Positions 14,327 to 29,790 of a stretch of 64,000 nt of DNA are shown piece by piece. This DNA is from Octopus vulgaris (lineage: Eukaryota): NCBI GenBank assembly GCA_951406725.2, contig OX597836.1, forward strand, positions 10,726,001 to 10,790,000. The letters run 5' to 3'. The notes beneath the pieces are model-generated. The model was given only the letters and a program-made list of their open reading frames with translations. It ran no database searches and was not told the origin of the DNA. Made by a program: the position numbers and the translations under genes. Numbering within the stretch: position 1 is the stretch's first letter; each line of letters starts with the position of its first letter.

Positions 14327-14552
14327 AAGACAGTGAGCTGGCAGAATCATGAGCATGCTGGCCAAAATTCTAAGCAGTGTTTCGTCGGTCATTGCGTTCT
14401 GAGTTCAAATTTTGTCGAGGTCGACTTTGTCATTCTCCCCTTTCAGAGTCGATAAAATAAGTACTATTTGAGCACTGCGGACGATCTAATCCATTTACCC
14501 CCCAGTCCGTATCCCCGAAATCGTTGGGGTTGTGCCAATATTTCTAACCAAT
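14327..14552 (+). mobile_element. Older SINE B-related copy (B2 tail)
   Basis: GAGCTGGCAGAATC...GAGTTCAAAT...GAGGTCGACTTTG...GTCGATAAAATAAGTAC, starting just after (TTA)n. Confidence 0.75.
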
Positions 14553-14734
14553 AATTTGTCTGTGTACTTTATAACTCCCCGTGTCAGAACAAAATTCTCA
14601 AATCGCATTCATCGACGGTTATTGTTACTGGAAAGAAGCTCTTGAGTGTCAGAAACCTCACATCTCACCACCACGACCACCGCACAGCTTTTCTCGGTAA
14701 CAGAATTCAGCAAACACTCCTACAGATGGCCTGC

Positions 14735-14802
<68 letters not shown>

Positions 14803-15019
14803 GTTATTATTATTATTTTTATTGTTCTTATTGACGTAGATCTTCACTAATTTCCTTGGATTTCCGATTTCTTTTTTACAAGTTCATATGACGAGAACAA
14901 AGGAGTTGTACCTCAATAAACTGTTATGTATAGAAAACGAAAGGGCTTTGATAGTTGGGGAACTCTTTAGTGAAGCAACGACAAAACGCGTGACATATGA
15001 GAGAAAATAAAACACAGAT

Positions 15020-15243
<224 letters not shown>

Positions 15244-15485
15244 TGTATAATTATACACACACGCACGCACACATAGATATGTTGAATATGATATATACAT
15301 AAATATATTATATATACCACATATACTATATATCTTCTGTATATATATCATATAATATTATATGTATATACATATACATTTATAAATATATGCATGATAT
15401 ATATGCATCTACATATGCAATTGTGTACATGTTTGCATGTATATATACATACATATATATGTATATATATACACATAATACATAC

Positions 15486-15572
<87 letters not shown>

Positions 15573-15983
15573 GTGTGTCTGTGTTCGTATAAGTATGTAT
15601 ATATATATATATATATATATTTACGGCGAGAGTCAGAGAGATTTATACATAGGTGAGTTTGTGGAAAAAAGAAAAAAAAACCCCGAAAAACCAACAGCGA
15701 AGCAAAACCAAAACAACGCACATCATGGAACTATCATAGCAACTGTAGATTCCTCAGATATTCTCTTGTTGCTTCTGCATATATATATATTCTGTGAGAA
15801 TCTCCACAGATAAACAAGAAAGAAAGGTTTGTTTTCATGCATGCTTTTAGGAAAGTGCAAATGACAAATGAGAAAGATTTAAAATGAATGCGATGATTAA
15901 GCGCATGATTTGATTACAATGAATGCCGTGTTTTTTGTGGTATTCTATCCTAAAGCGTCTTTTAAATGAATATGGTTGATAAT

Positions 15984-16960
15984 AGGAGAAGGAGAAGAAT
16001 AAGAAGAAGAAGAAGGAGAAGAAGAAGAAAAGGAAAGGAAGAAGGAAAAAGAAGAAAAGGTACGGAAGAAATGGAAAGGAAGAATTAAAGGAAAAGAAGA
16101 AATGGAAGAAGAAGGAAAAAGAAGAAAGGAAGAAGAAGAAGGAGAAGAAGAAAAAGAAGAAGAAGAAGAAAAAGAAGAAGAAGAAAAGGAAAGGAAGAAG
16201 GAAAAAGAAGAAATGGAATAAGAAAAAAGAAGAAAGGAAGAAGAAGAAGAAAAAGAAGAAGAAGAAGAAGAAGAAAAGGAAAGGAAGAAGGAAAAAGAAG
16301 AAAAGGTACAGAAGAAAGGAAGAATTAAAGGAAAAGAAGAAATGGAAGAAGAAGGAAAAAGAAGAAAGGAAGAAGAAGAAGAAAAGAAAAATGAAGAAAA
16401 AATGAAGAGAAGAAGAAGAAGAAGAAGAAAAGGAAAGGAAGAAGGAAGAAGAAGAAAAGGAACAGAAGAAAGGAAGAAGAAGAAAAGGAACAGAAGAAAG
16501 AAAAAGAAGAAAAGGAAAAGAAGGATAAAGAAGAAAGGGAGAAGAAGAGGAAACGAAAAATGAAGAAAAAATGAAGAGAAGAAGAAGAAGAAAAGGAAAG
16601 GAAGAAGGAAGAAGAAGAAAAGGAAGAGAAGAAAGGAGGAAGAAGAAAAGGAAAAGAAGAAAGAAAAAGAAGAAAAGGAAAAGAAGGATAAAGAAGAAAG
16701 GGAGAAGAAGAGGAAACGAAAAATGAAGAAAAAAGGAAGAGAAGAAGGAGAAGAAAAGAAGAAAAAAGAGTAGAGGAGGAAAAGGAGGAAAAGGAGACGG
16801 AAAAGAAAGCATGAAGGGTAGTGAAAGAACAACTGAAGAAGAAAGAGAAGACGAAATTAAAGAAAGGAGAAAAAATGAAGAAGAGGAAAAATGTAGAAGA
16901 GGAAAATATGGAGAAGGGGAAGAAATGACAGTATGAACGAAGGAGAAGAAAATGAGAAAA
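15984..16960. repeat. ~1-kb polypurine (GAA-based) tract with higher-order duplications
   Basis: Almost only G/A on the + strand. Block AAGGAAGAATTAAAGGAAAAGAAGAAATGG is repeated 240 bp apart (16076, 16316). Confidence 0.9.
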
Positions 16961-17599
16961 AAGGAAAAACGTATCTTCGTATTACTAACAAGAAAAATTT
17001 ATAGATATTAAATGAGTAAATGAAAATAGTTAAAAATAGGGAAACAACGAGAAGAGATAGAAAGAAAAAAATGAAGAGAAAGAAAGAAAAAAAAAAATGA
17101 TTTTTCCGAAAAGGTTTCAATTATTATTTTTGCATAAATGTAATTTTAAAAGAAAAGAATTCTAAAGAAATTTGTTTTAGAAATCTACACAAAAGAGAAC
17201 TGTTTGTATGATATTCATGCATCGAAGAAGAAAAGTAACATAAAGCGAAAAATGTAAGGTAGCCGCCATTGAAGACAAAAGATAAAATGGAAAATGTATA
17301 TCTATTCGAAACAGAAAAATATAAGTAGTTTGTTAAATATCACTGTGTCTATTCTAAGAAACTAGGTTCTTTCCGTTTTCACCTCTACAAAGGGCATTGT
17401 GTTGTCGGCCAGGGAATATTTCTTCTGGACTAATTATAGTTTTTCAAGAACGTTCTAATTAAGTTCCAGTGACATTAAAGAGCATAAGTGACATCTTCTA
17501 TCGCCATCGTTGATAGTGTGATGCAAATCGGAATGTTACAGATACTTGAGTCGGACAAGTAATCTGTACACGCTGGGTACAGCTTATAGATATAGTTTA

Positions 17600-18209
<610 letters not shown>

Positions 18210-18583
18210 TATATATATATATATATATATGTATGTCTATGTATGTATATACTTAACATGTACGTTTGCGGGTTTCATTTATTGCAGTAACTTTACAGGA
18301 CAATAATATAATGAAGTTACAGCAAAATGAACCCAAGGATTCCCTTTTCCGGAAGACTTAAACAAATACGATCGAGGATTAAATTTTACGGACAAAATTT
18401 TAACATAATAAAATAATAAGATATTATTGAAAATTCTCACCATTAGTAGTCGTTGAAGATGAACACCTCTCATGTGTTAAAATATGATATATTATGGAGT
18501 ATGCAATTAAGCAATTAATTTCAATTAGCGATTAATTACTGTTGAAAAACGGTGACACACACACACGCTCTCTTTGAAAATTG

Positions 18584-18616
<33 letters not shown>

Positions 18617-18995
18617 TGTATGTATGTATGGATGTATGTGTGTATGTATGTATGTATGTATGTATGTATGTATGTATGTATGTATGTATGTATGTATGTA
18701 TGTATGTATGTGCATGTGTTCGTGTGTGTATACACACAACTTTTACGGCGAATAAGAGCCATTTAATAAAACAGGAAGGTGTTAGATTCACTTACGAGGT
18801 GTGAGTAACAAAGTCGCATCTGTGCAACGGAAATTTTGACACCTCATGAAATAAATTAAATTTTAAGTGAAGGCGACAGTTTCATGTGTTATTAAGTGAG
18901 CTCTTTCACGGTACCGTTGTTTCAGTTTCAAGCACACGATAGCATATCATGTGCCACTCACCATTCAAGTAAAAGACTTATATATATATATATAT

Positions 18996-19551
18996 AAATT
19001 GAGATAGGGGTTGCAAATTCAACCCTCCATGGGATAACATATATCCAATATACTGCTAGTGAAGTACCTAACAAAGTTAATACATAAATGTTAAGAATTG
19101 CGAAGCAATTAATTCATTTACTGTATTACATGGGCAAAGGTAAAATTATTTTTTACCATAAATTAATAATACAAAATCAGAAAATGGAGAAATACATCTA
19201 AATCATTAATCAACTACCAGATAATACTCAATCCCATACTTTATTGAACCACTACATAAGAACATTAAGGTTAAACAAAACAGCGTTGGCATACTATACA
19301 TGGCTAATATGGGTATAATGAGGCATATTTATCTGCATGGCCGAAACAGCTGTAAGATATAGTGTATATTTATATTTATATCTATTTATATTTATTTATT
19401 TATATCCTCTATATTGTATTGTATTACTCATTCATGTACGCTGTTTTGTTTAACCTTAATGTTTCTTATGTAGTGGTTCAATAAAGTATGTGATTGGGTA
19501 TTATCTGGTAGTTAATTAATGATTTAGATGTATTTCTCCATTTTCTGATTT

Positions 19552-19556
<5 letters not shown>
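18996..19556 (+). mobile_element. Penelope-like relic with inverted duplication, inserted in (TA)n
   Basis: Arms 19169-19286 and 19437-19555 are near-perfect inverted repeats. The spacer retains GCC-GAAA-CAGCTG-TA-AGA (hammerhead 3' half). Confidence 0.7.
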
Positions 19557-19602
<46 letters not shown>

Positions 19603-19883
19603 CATATATATATATATAATATAAATAACATAAATATACGCATACATACATATATGTATATATACATGCATATATGGGTACAGGACATCAAAAATACGTT
19701 GAACACAATGAGAAACGGAAACATAAAAACAAAAACATAGAAATGAACTTTTTTAAAACTGCGAAAAAAACCCCAGAGAAACGAGACATACAACATAAAG
19801 AATATTCCCCTTCTTCAGTTGTCCCTGTTTCATCTGCTCCGCGTTACGAAGGTAAGGACAAGGCGCGACTTCGTTGAAACAGT

Positions 19884-19946
<63 letters not shown>

Positions 19947-20213
19947 AATATAAAGATGGAAGAAAAACGCAATGGAGGGCATTAAAACGTTCGGACAGAT
20001 AGATGATACAAAGGCGGTCAAGAGAAATAACAACTAGAAGGACAGGCAAAAAAAGACGGGTCATTCTTCGCTTTCTTTCATCAGTCAAGTACCAGAAGTC
20101 ACGACCGTTTCGGACAATTACACTTGAGATGGTTCGTTCTGATTGTCCCCCAAAAGGTCTAGGCTAAGAGCATTAGACCTCTTTGTAAGAAAGCTAGCGA
20201 CTATGTACGGCAA

Positions 20214-20292
<79 letters not shown>

Positions 20293-20427
20293 GAATGTAT
20301 GTATGCATATAGGGCAGACATGTGAACCGAACACACGGTCGATTTTATCTGTCTGTCTTCTTTTTTTATCTCATTTCTCTTTTTTCTCTTTCCAGTTTCT
20401 CCTAGACTTTCCTCTAGAGTCTAGAAT

Positions 20428-20454
20428 CTGAAGGAGGACTATATCCGAAACGTA
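20428..20454 (+). ncRNA. Degenerate minimal hammerhead-like motif
   Basis: CTGAAGG-A-GGA-CTATA-TCC-GAAA-CG-TA. A9 is changed to G and helix I is lost. Confidence 0.4.
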
Positions 20455-20925
20455 TAACTTTTACCCTTTTTCCATTCGTCTTTGAGTGTCAACTTAACAA
20501 CGTTAACTCTGAACGCTTGTACTTTTATTTTTTGTTATCGCTATTTGCATATGTTTTGCATATCACATACACACACATACACACGTGCGCGCACCCACCA
20601 CATTTATATGAATCGCCCAGTCACTATCGCATGTATCAGACTCAGCCGCTATAGAATAGATACACATACATGCACAACACAAACACACACGTAGAGTATC
20701 AACTCATAGATCGCCACCATCTATGTAGCAGTACTACACATACTATAATGTTCAAGATTTGAGCAAAAACAATTTAATGCAGTTAGATGAAATGAGAAAT
20801 GCACCATTTTGAAATTTGTTTCGCATTTGTTGCAACTAAGACAGTGGCATACGTATTCTTTGTAAGCCTAGTACTTATTCTACCGGTCTCTTTGGCCGAA
20901 CACCGGGTGCCAACCAATGTTGGGG

Positions 20926-21009
<84 letters not shown>

Positions 21010-21016
21010 ACACACT

Positions 21017-21477
21017 ACCTCGGCGGAATTTGAACTCAACTTAACAGCAAACGAAATACCTATTTCTTTACTATCCACAAGGGGCTAAACACAGAGAGGA
21101 CAAACAAGGATAGACACACGGATTAAGTCGATTATATCGACCTCAGTACGTAACTGGTACTTAATTTATCGACCCAGAAAGGATAAAAGGCAAAAATCAA
21201 CCTCGGCGGAATTTGAACTCAGAACGTAGCGGCAGACGAAATACCTATTTCTTTACTACCCACAAGGGGCTAAATACAGAGAGGACAAACAAGGACAGAC
21301 AAACGGATTAAGTCGATTATATCGACCCCAGTGCGTAATTGGTACTTAATTTATCGACCCCGAAAGGATGAAAGGCAAAGTCGCACCTCGACAGAATTTG
21401 AACTCAGAACGTAACGGCAGACGAAAGACGGCCACGTATTTCGCCCGGCGTGCTAACGTTTCTGCCAGCTCGCCGCC
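21017..21477 (-). mobile_element. SINE B multimer (head + 2 units + partial)
   Basis: GAAATACC|TATTTC junctions at 21060/61 and 21245/46; period ~185 bp. Confidence 0.9.
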
Positions 21478-22191
21478 TTAATAAAAACTAACATTAACAA
21501 GATGGCGACGAATATGACGACGATGATAGAGACGACCACCACCACTAAAAATATAATAAGTAAATAGATTTACAGTCAGCATTGTTATAAGAAAACTGAA
21601 TCAATAATTTCTATCTTATCTTTTCTTTCCACTTTAAACCAAGATTCAATTTTGACTGCTGATGTGAAATATTCGATTTTTATATTTTATATATATTTAT
21701 TATTTTATACACACACATATATTATTTTTATAAATTCTCTTCTTTTATTTTCGTTCGTATTTTTCCTTTCTTTCTTTCTTTCTTTCTTTCTTTCTGTCTG
21801 TCTTTCTATCTTTTCTTTCATTCGTTCTTTCTTTCTTTCTATTCTCCTTCCTTCCTTTGTAGATATTTCAATATTAATAACTCGAACGATATGAAATGTT
21901 ATGAACTTCATAAACATTATTAATATATTTTGTACAACTTACAAATGATTTTATAAAGGTGGCGAATAACGAAAGGAAACAAAAACAAAAACAAAAAAAT
22001 GTGGAGAATAACAAAACAAATAAAAAAAAACAAAACAAAAAAAACAAAAAAAGAAGATACTCACCGCCAAAAAACAAAATAAAATACAAATAAAGAAAAT
22101 AGAAGTTAATGTTTAACACTTAATACCAAAACGATTCGCATGAAAAGTGTAAACTCCAATATTGTTTATATTATTTCTTCTCTGTAAAGAC

Positions 22192-22224
<33 letters not shown>

Positions 22225-22553
22225 ACACACAAACGCAATATATATACATATATGTATGTATATGGATATATATATATATATATATGGATATATATATATA
22301 CGCATATACACTAATATATGTGTAAATATATATATATATATATATATGTAAATATATAGATATAAGAACATATATAATATACATGAATTTCTGTCTGTCT
22401 GTCTCTCTATTCATATATATATATATACATAAACATACATAAATACATACATATATATATATGAATATATATTTATATATACGTATATATATATATATAT
22501 ATATATACATATATATATGTAATATGTATATATATATATATGTCGATATATGA

Positions 22554-22601
<48 letters not shown>

Positions 22602-23414
22602 TATATCTATTCATATATACACATATATATATATATACATATATATTTATGTATGTATGTATATATATACATACATACATAAATACGTACATATATATAT
22701 ATATAATATATATTTATGATATACATATATAAATGTAAAACAATTATTTGTTCAGATGTGTTTATTGCCATATAAAATACAAAAAAATATAAATAAATAC
22801 AAGACAAGACAAACAAAAAAATCTTATTAACTTTTCCCCATAACCGTAATAAATTGGGAAAGATTGTTTTTGGAAAAACAAAAAGAAAAATCAGAAAAAA
22901 AGAAAAAAAAGATCGAAGTTTTGATGCAATTATTTCTTTGTTCTGTGACGAGAAATTAAAGATTAGTGGTTTGTTGCATGACTTCGGCAGAAAAAAAAAA
23001 AAAAAAAAAATCACCCCACCCCACACAAAATAAGTAGTGATTAGAGAAATAGATATGCAAAAAAAAATAAAAAAAAAAAAATTATAAAATAAAAGAAAAG
23101 AAATTAAAATCAAATTTAATCTGGGTTTAAAGCGCGATTTTCTAAACGCAAAAACACTAAAGCCAAAAACAAAACAAAACATAACAATAAAAAAAATACT
23201 CCGAAAAAACAAAAAACAAACAACATCGAAACGAAATTAAACAAAATGCCTTTTTTATTGCACATTGCATCTTAATAGGTTTTCGTTTTATGATGTAGAA
23301 TAGGCAATGAAAATACTGTTAATTACTCAGAAAAATAAAGCGATTTTTGCAGAAGGGTGGTTGGTAGTAATACTAATGTAGTATTTATGACATATACAGA
23401 TATGTATGTATATT

Positions 23415-23454
<40 letters not shown>

Positions 23455-23626
23455 TATGTATGAATGTATGTATATTTAAATGTATGTGTGTATATATTTA
23501 TTTATTTATTTACTTATGTATGTATGTATGTATAATTGATAGTTTTAAGGAAATAACAATGTCTGAAGTGTTATGAATTGAAAGTTACTACATATATATG
23601 CTGCCAAATGTAGAATATGAACATAC

Positions 23627-23669
<43 letters not shown>

Positions 23670-23722
23670 ACATACACATATACATATTTCGAATATATAT
23701 ATAGTGTATACTTATATATGCA

Positions 23723-23783
<61 letters not shown>

Positions 23784-23924
23784 GCATATATATATATCTA
23801 TGCATATAGTCGTATATGTATTTATACAAATATGTATGTAAACATTTGTATGCACAAATATATATGCATACATACATATGTACGAATATACATGCATATG
23901 TACTTGTGTGTATGTATATGTATA

Positions 23925-24027
<103 letters not shown>

Positions 24028-24066
24028 GCGTGCAATTAAGTCTCTATGTATCGATCAGTATACACG

Positions 24067-24116
<50 letters not shown>

Positions 24117-24759
24117 TATCAGGGGAGAGAAATAGATGGGAGACAAAAACAGGGAGCGAGAAAGAGAGAAAGAATGACGGAACTAAAGATGGTAAGAATA
24201 AGTTAGCTAGTTACTTAAAACACAATATAAAAACTGCTTGTTATAATTAGCATGCTTGTTCCGAACGTTTGTTTATGGAAGCAAACCTTTACCCGATTGC
24301 CATCGGGTTTGTTATTATACAAAGGTGCCAACATTGTTTGTTATCAAGTTTTTCACGAATTACAATGGTGGTCCACAGCCTGTTGTTACTGATTGGCCAA
24401 AACACTATATTTCAAACGAACTAAACAACTAAAGCGAATGTAAAATTTCCCTTGGATGTGTTCTGCCAGAAAAATATATAGTTAAGTGCAGGCAAAAAAA
24501 GATTTTTTTTTTCTTTTGCTAATAAGCATTAATGCAAAAGAGTTTTTGATATTAATATTGAGTGTAGTTTCTGTTAATTTTTTTCCAATTTTGGCACAAA
24601 ACCAGCGCTTTAAGGGGAAGAGGGAAGTCGAGGATTTCACCAACCCCAGTACTTGACTGGTACTCTATTTTATCGATTTCGAAGGGATGAAAGGGACAGT
24701 TGGCTTAGGTGGTATTCAGAAGACAGGCAGCAATGCATTTTATTCGAAGCCCTAACATT

Positions 24760-25075
24760 TCTGATGATGATGAGGATGATGAGGATGATGAAGAAAAAAG
24801 GAGATGGTGCAGAAGAAGATGACGAGTATAATGATGAAGAAGATGAAGTGGATGACATAAAAAACAGAAGGTGCAAAAGAAGAAGAAGATGAAGAAAGAG
24901 AAGAAGAAGAAGAAGAAGAAGAAGAAGAAGAAGAAGAAGAAATAAAAAGATGAGTATAATGATGATGAGAAGAAAGAGAAGGTGAAGAAGGCGAAGAAGA
25001 TGATGATGATGATGATGAAGAAGAGGAGGATGATGCCAACAATGACGATAATGCTGATGATGCTGATGACTGTGA
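24760..25075. repeat. (GAT)n/(GAA)n low-complexity tract
   Basis: Direct reading. Confidence 0.85.
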
Positions 25076-25672
25076 TGCATTTATAAAAGAGAAAGGAGTT
25101 TAATTAATGTGCGAATGCTCCTTGTTAAACTTCTTTTCGTTGTTAATTAATTAATTAATATATTTATTTATCTATATCTCTATTTGTAAATGCGAAACCG
25201 GAAACTTTAGATATGTATACAAAACAATCACAGGAAAAAGAAAAAAAAGAAATAAGAACCCATAAAAAAAAACAAGCAAAAACAACCTAACAAAAGCGTC
25301 CATTTTAACCGACGTCGATCAATAACATTTCCTCATGAATAATACTGATTATATTTGATCACATGACCCTACTCTCACTAAAAGGGACAGAAAAAAAGAA
25401 AGAAAGAACAAAATGCTTCTGGCCCTGGAATCTCGAAAATTGATGTCTTGTCATGACAAGTTCTTGCGTTCTTTCTCGCCTCCCCTATTAACTCGATTTG
25501 CAAGTCTAACCTTTAGAATTAACCTAGCGTCTCGCGTAAACAATTCCTGGAGGTTTATGCAACCATTTGGGACAGGCTCCGTTTAAATAAGAGCCATTAC
25601 GATTCCGCCAAGAGGAACATCTGAAATGCATTTCTCTCCAATCTTCCTTTTTATTATCTCTCTTGGGTCAGA

Positions 25673-25763
<91 letters not shown>

Positions 25764-25806
25764 TATATATATGTATATTCATACATACATACACACACAC
25801 ACACAT

Positions 25807-25841
<35 letters not shown>

Positions 25842-25902
25842 TACATATATACATATGTACGTATATATAAGTGTACTTATATAAGTGTAGACTTGTAAGT
25901 GT

Positions 25903-25982
<80 letters not shown>

Positions 25983-26568
25983 CAAGCTTTAAAGAACTAC
26001 AATAATTATTAGAACTTGTCCATCTCGTATTTTCTTCTTTCTTATCCTAACTGTGAATTACACACACACACACACATACACATACACACACATATATATA
26101 GATAAATACATGTGTGTGTGTGTTAACATATGCATATATGTAAATCTATATGTATCTGTGTATGTATCCATGTATCTATCTATCTTTCTACATATTCCTC
26201 TATTTGCATTGTAAAATATTTAAACAAGGCTTTAAGGTTATTCTTCATAAATACGTCAGGAAACGAAATTTGGACAAGAACAAAACACTGACTACATATA
26301 TACTTACATATATACATACATATATACATACACACACACACATATATATATATATACATACATACACATATACATGCATATATATATATATAAATATATA
26401 AATACGGCAGGAGGTGCAGATGAGGGCAGCTGCATCGAACTCTCTCATTTCACCAAATGGCAGTTGCTAAAAAGCATTCGTGAAGTAAAACCATGTAGCA
26501 ACACCAAATGGCGGTGCACCAGCATGGCCACAGCTCGTTAGCTGAAACTAGAATCAATCAATCAATCA

Positions 26569-26657
<89 letters not shown>

Positions 26658-27540
26658 ATGTATATATATGTATGTGGTGTTTACTATTTTGCAAGTTTCT
26701 TGTAAATAAGTGGCGCATTTCAGTAATTTTTGTCAGCCATTTTGTCGGAACGTCAGTAGAATTCGCTTATTTGTTTATACACTATATTTCCTTGCTTTTC
26801 TTGAAAAAGAGACAAATAAGTAGAAAATTAATCGACTCGGACAGAAGTATATTTCTGATCGATGCATCTAATTTGAAGACGCAACCAATATGACGTAACC
26901 CACAAGACCAAGGATTTGAAATTCATTCAAAATCACTTAGGAATAAGCGTTTGATTTGCTTTATAATCTTTTTATGTTTGTTGGCAGAATACTGAAATTG
27001 CGATCCATATCTTTGACATTTAGCTCTGAATAAGATGCTTATAGAAAAACGTTAAACTGGGTAGTATAACCTAGCGTACCTTATCTGACATCGACAATCC
27101 GGACTACGTTGTTACTTCTCATATTGGCCGGCAGATGGCGGTGATATGGCGGAAGTGTTAACACAACACATACGATAAAATGGTAACCGGCCTTATTCTT
27201 TCATCCTTTTACTGTTTCAGTCATTTATCTGCGGCCATACTGGAGCATCACCTTAAAGGGTTTTTCAAAGATACAAGGCTCTATTTTTGAGATATAGTTA
27301 ACACAGACAAATCCACATTTGGAACTCGGGAAAAGTTTTGCATATTTTTACTGTACAATAACTGTATATAATATATATCATAATGATATTTTTAAATATA
27401 AACAAATGACCGTAAAATGATGAGCTAACCTCAGGCTGAATCGAACCCACAAATCTTAGCTGTCATGGATCCTTGCGAATCTGATTGGCCAAACTCTCAC
27501 CCATCAATTTCAGTGCCTCCTTAGTAGATAGGATTATTAA

Positions 27541-28880
27541 AAGGCGAGTTGGCAGAATCGTTAGCACGCCGGGCGAAATGCTTAGCAGTATTTCGTCCGT
27601 CGCTACGTTCTGTGTTCAAATTCCGCCGAGGTCGACTATGCCTTTAATCCTTTCGGGGTCGATAAATTAAGTACCAGTTGCGTACTGGGGTCGATCTAAT
27701 CGACTGGCCCCCTTCCCCAAAATTTCGGGCCTTGTGCCTAGAGTAGAAAAGAATCGTTAGAGCATTATACACATTTGCTCCGGTGCTTTGCATTCCGGTT
27801 TCAGATCCCGTTAAAGTTGCTTTTTATTTTTTTGTTCTTTTTCAGGGTCGATAAGATAAAGTATTAATCAAATGCTGGTGTCAATGTAATCCTCTCAAAA
27901 ACGGTTGTCTCTAAGGTAGGTTATGAAACCCAGACAGCGAGCTGATAGATCCGTTAGTATACCGGGTAAATTTTGAGTTCAAATCCCGTTGAGGTCGCCT
28001 TTGCTTTACATCCTTTCAGGGTCGATGTAATCGACTAGACCTCTCCGTCACAAAATTTCTGGTTCTGTACCTAAAGCGGAAAGGATTATCAAGGAAGCGA
28101 GCTTGTGGCATCGTTAGCACGCCGGACAAAATGTTTAACGGTGATGAGTTCAAGTTCCTCCGAGGTCGACTTTGCCGTTTATCCTTTAGAGATCGATGAA
28201 ATAAAGTACCAACCAAATACTGGGACCAATATAATCGATCAACCCTCTTTCCCTTAAACTTTTGACCTTGCACCAAAGCAAACTGTATAGCGGCATTTCA
28301 ACTATCTTTAAGTTCCGAGTTCAAATCCCGCCGTGATCGACTTCGCCGTTCATCCTTTTGTGGGTCAATAAAATAAAGTACTGATCAATTACTGGGATAG
28401 ATATGATTGTCCCGCCTCCTTTCCCTCAAACTTCTGGTCTTGCACCAGGGCAAATACTTAGTGGTATCTCGTCTGCCGTTACGTTGTGAGTTCAAATTCC
28501 GCCGAGGTCGACTTTGCCTTTCATCCTTTCGGGGTCGATAAATTAAGTACAAGTTACGCACTGGGGTCGATGTAATCGACTGAATAACTATGTCTGTCCT
28601 TGTTTATCCCCTCTATGTTTACCCCCTCCCTATGTGGGTAATAAGGAAATAGGTATCTCGTCCGTCTTTACGTCTCGAGTTCAAATTCCGCCGAGGTCGA
28701 CTTTGCCGTTCGTCTTCTCTGGCTTAACGAAATAAAGTAACAATCAACTACTAAATGAAATAAAGTAACAATCAACTACTAAATGAAATAAAGTAACAAT
28801 CAACTACTGGGCTCGCTGAAATCAACTTGCCCGTCCCCTCAAAATCTGCTGGTTCCGTGCCAAAATTTGAAACCATTATT
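27541..28880 (+). mobile_element. Head-to-tail stack of ~7 diverged SINE B/B2 copies
   Basis: GTTCAAATTCCGCCGAGGTCGAC-like cores near 27615, 27800, 27978, 28148, 28319, 28490 and 28679, all in the same orientation. Confidence 0.85.
28729..28808 (+). repeat. 28-bp tandem repeat x~3
   Basis: GAAATAAAGTAACAATCAACTACTAAAT at 28729, 28757 and 28785. Confidence 0.9.
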
Positions 28881-29430
28881 ATCGTGGTTTCATAAAAAAA
28901 AAAAAAACTTGTCGATAAACCGAAGCTAAATTGTTTTTTTCGCGTGTTTTGTTTCACCTCTTAGCAATGAATGATAACCAAGAGATTGTTTGTGAGACCT
29001 GTATAACTGCAGGTTATTAATATTGACCGTAAAAAAAATACTCGTTACTAACATCAATAACACTCTTCCCTCCTCCTCTGTCTCCACCTCTCTCTCTTTC
29101 TCACTGAATCAATAGAAAGCATTAGCGTTCTTATATTCCTTATTATCGGCAAATGTAAACGTAAAAGAAATATAGATAGACAATTTTCCTTTTTAGTTGT
29201 TTTGGAAGAAACACATAGAAACCATTTCTTCATGACATAACGATAATTATTCGTCAATAATTCTTATTTGATCAACAGGAGATGTCTATTGAAGGCGCTG
29301 TTTATTATTCCTCGTTCATTCACTCGTCAGTACGTTCGTTCTTCGATCTTGTTGTTGTTGTTGTCGGTCTTCTTTTTTTCCCTCTTCTTCTCCTTGAGTA
29401 GCATTGACTTACTAAGAAGACGGGAACAAG

Positions 29431-29511
29431 ATACATGATGCAGATTTTAGATTCTAGAAGTAGTAGTAGTAGTAGTAGTTCTAGAAACAATATCTACAGT
29501 CGAACATGCAC

Positions 29512-29572
<61 letters not shown>

Positions 29573-29722
29573 AAAATATATTCGATTTCAAATTATTTCA
29601 TTCAATATTATATAAGAATCTCTTTTTATTAAGAAGAAAAAAAAGAACCCCCACAAAAGGATACATTTTTAGATTGCAGAAGTAGTAGTCGTTCTAGAAA
29701 CAATATCTAGATTCGAAGAACA

Positions 29723-29790
<68 letters not shown>

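Noticed and set aside
15847-16832. 321-aa and 295-aa F/S/L-rich ORFs
   Set aside because: They are the antisense reading of the GAA polypurine tract and show no domain signal.
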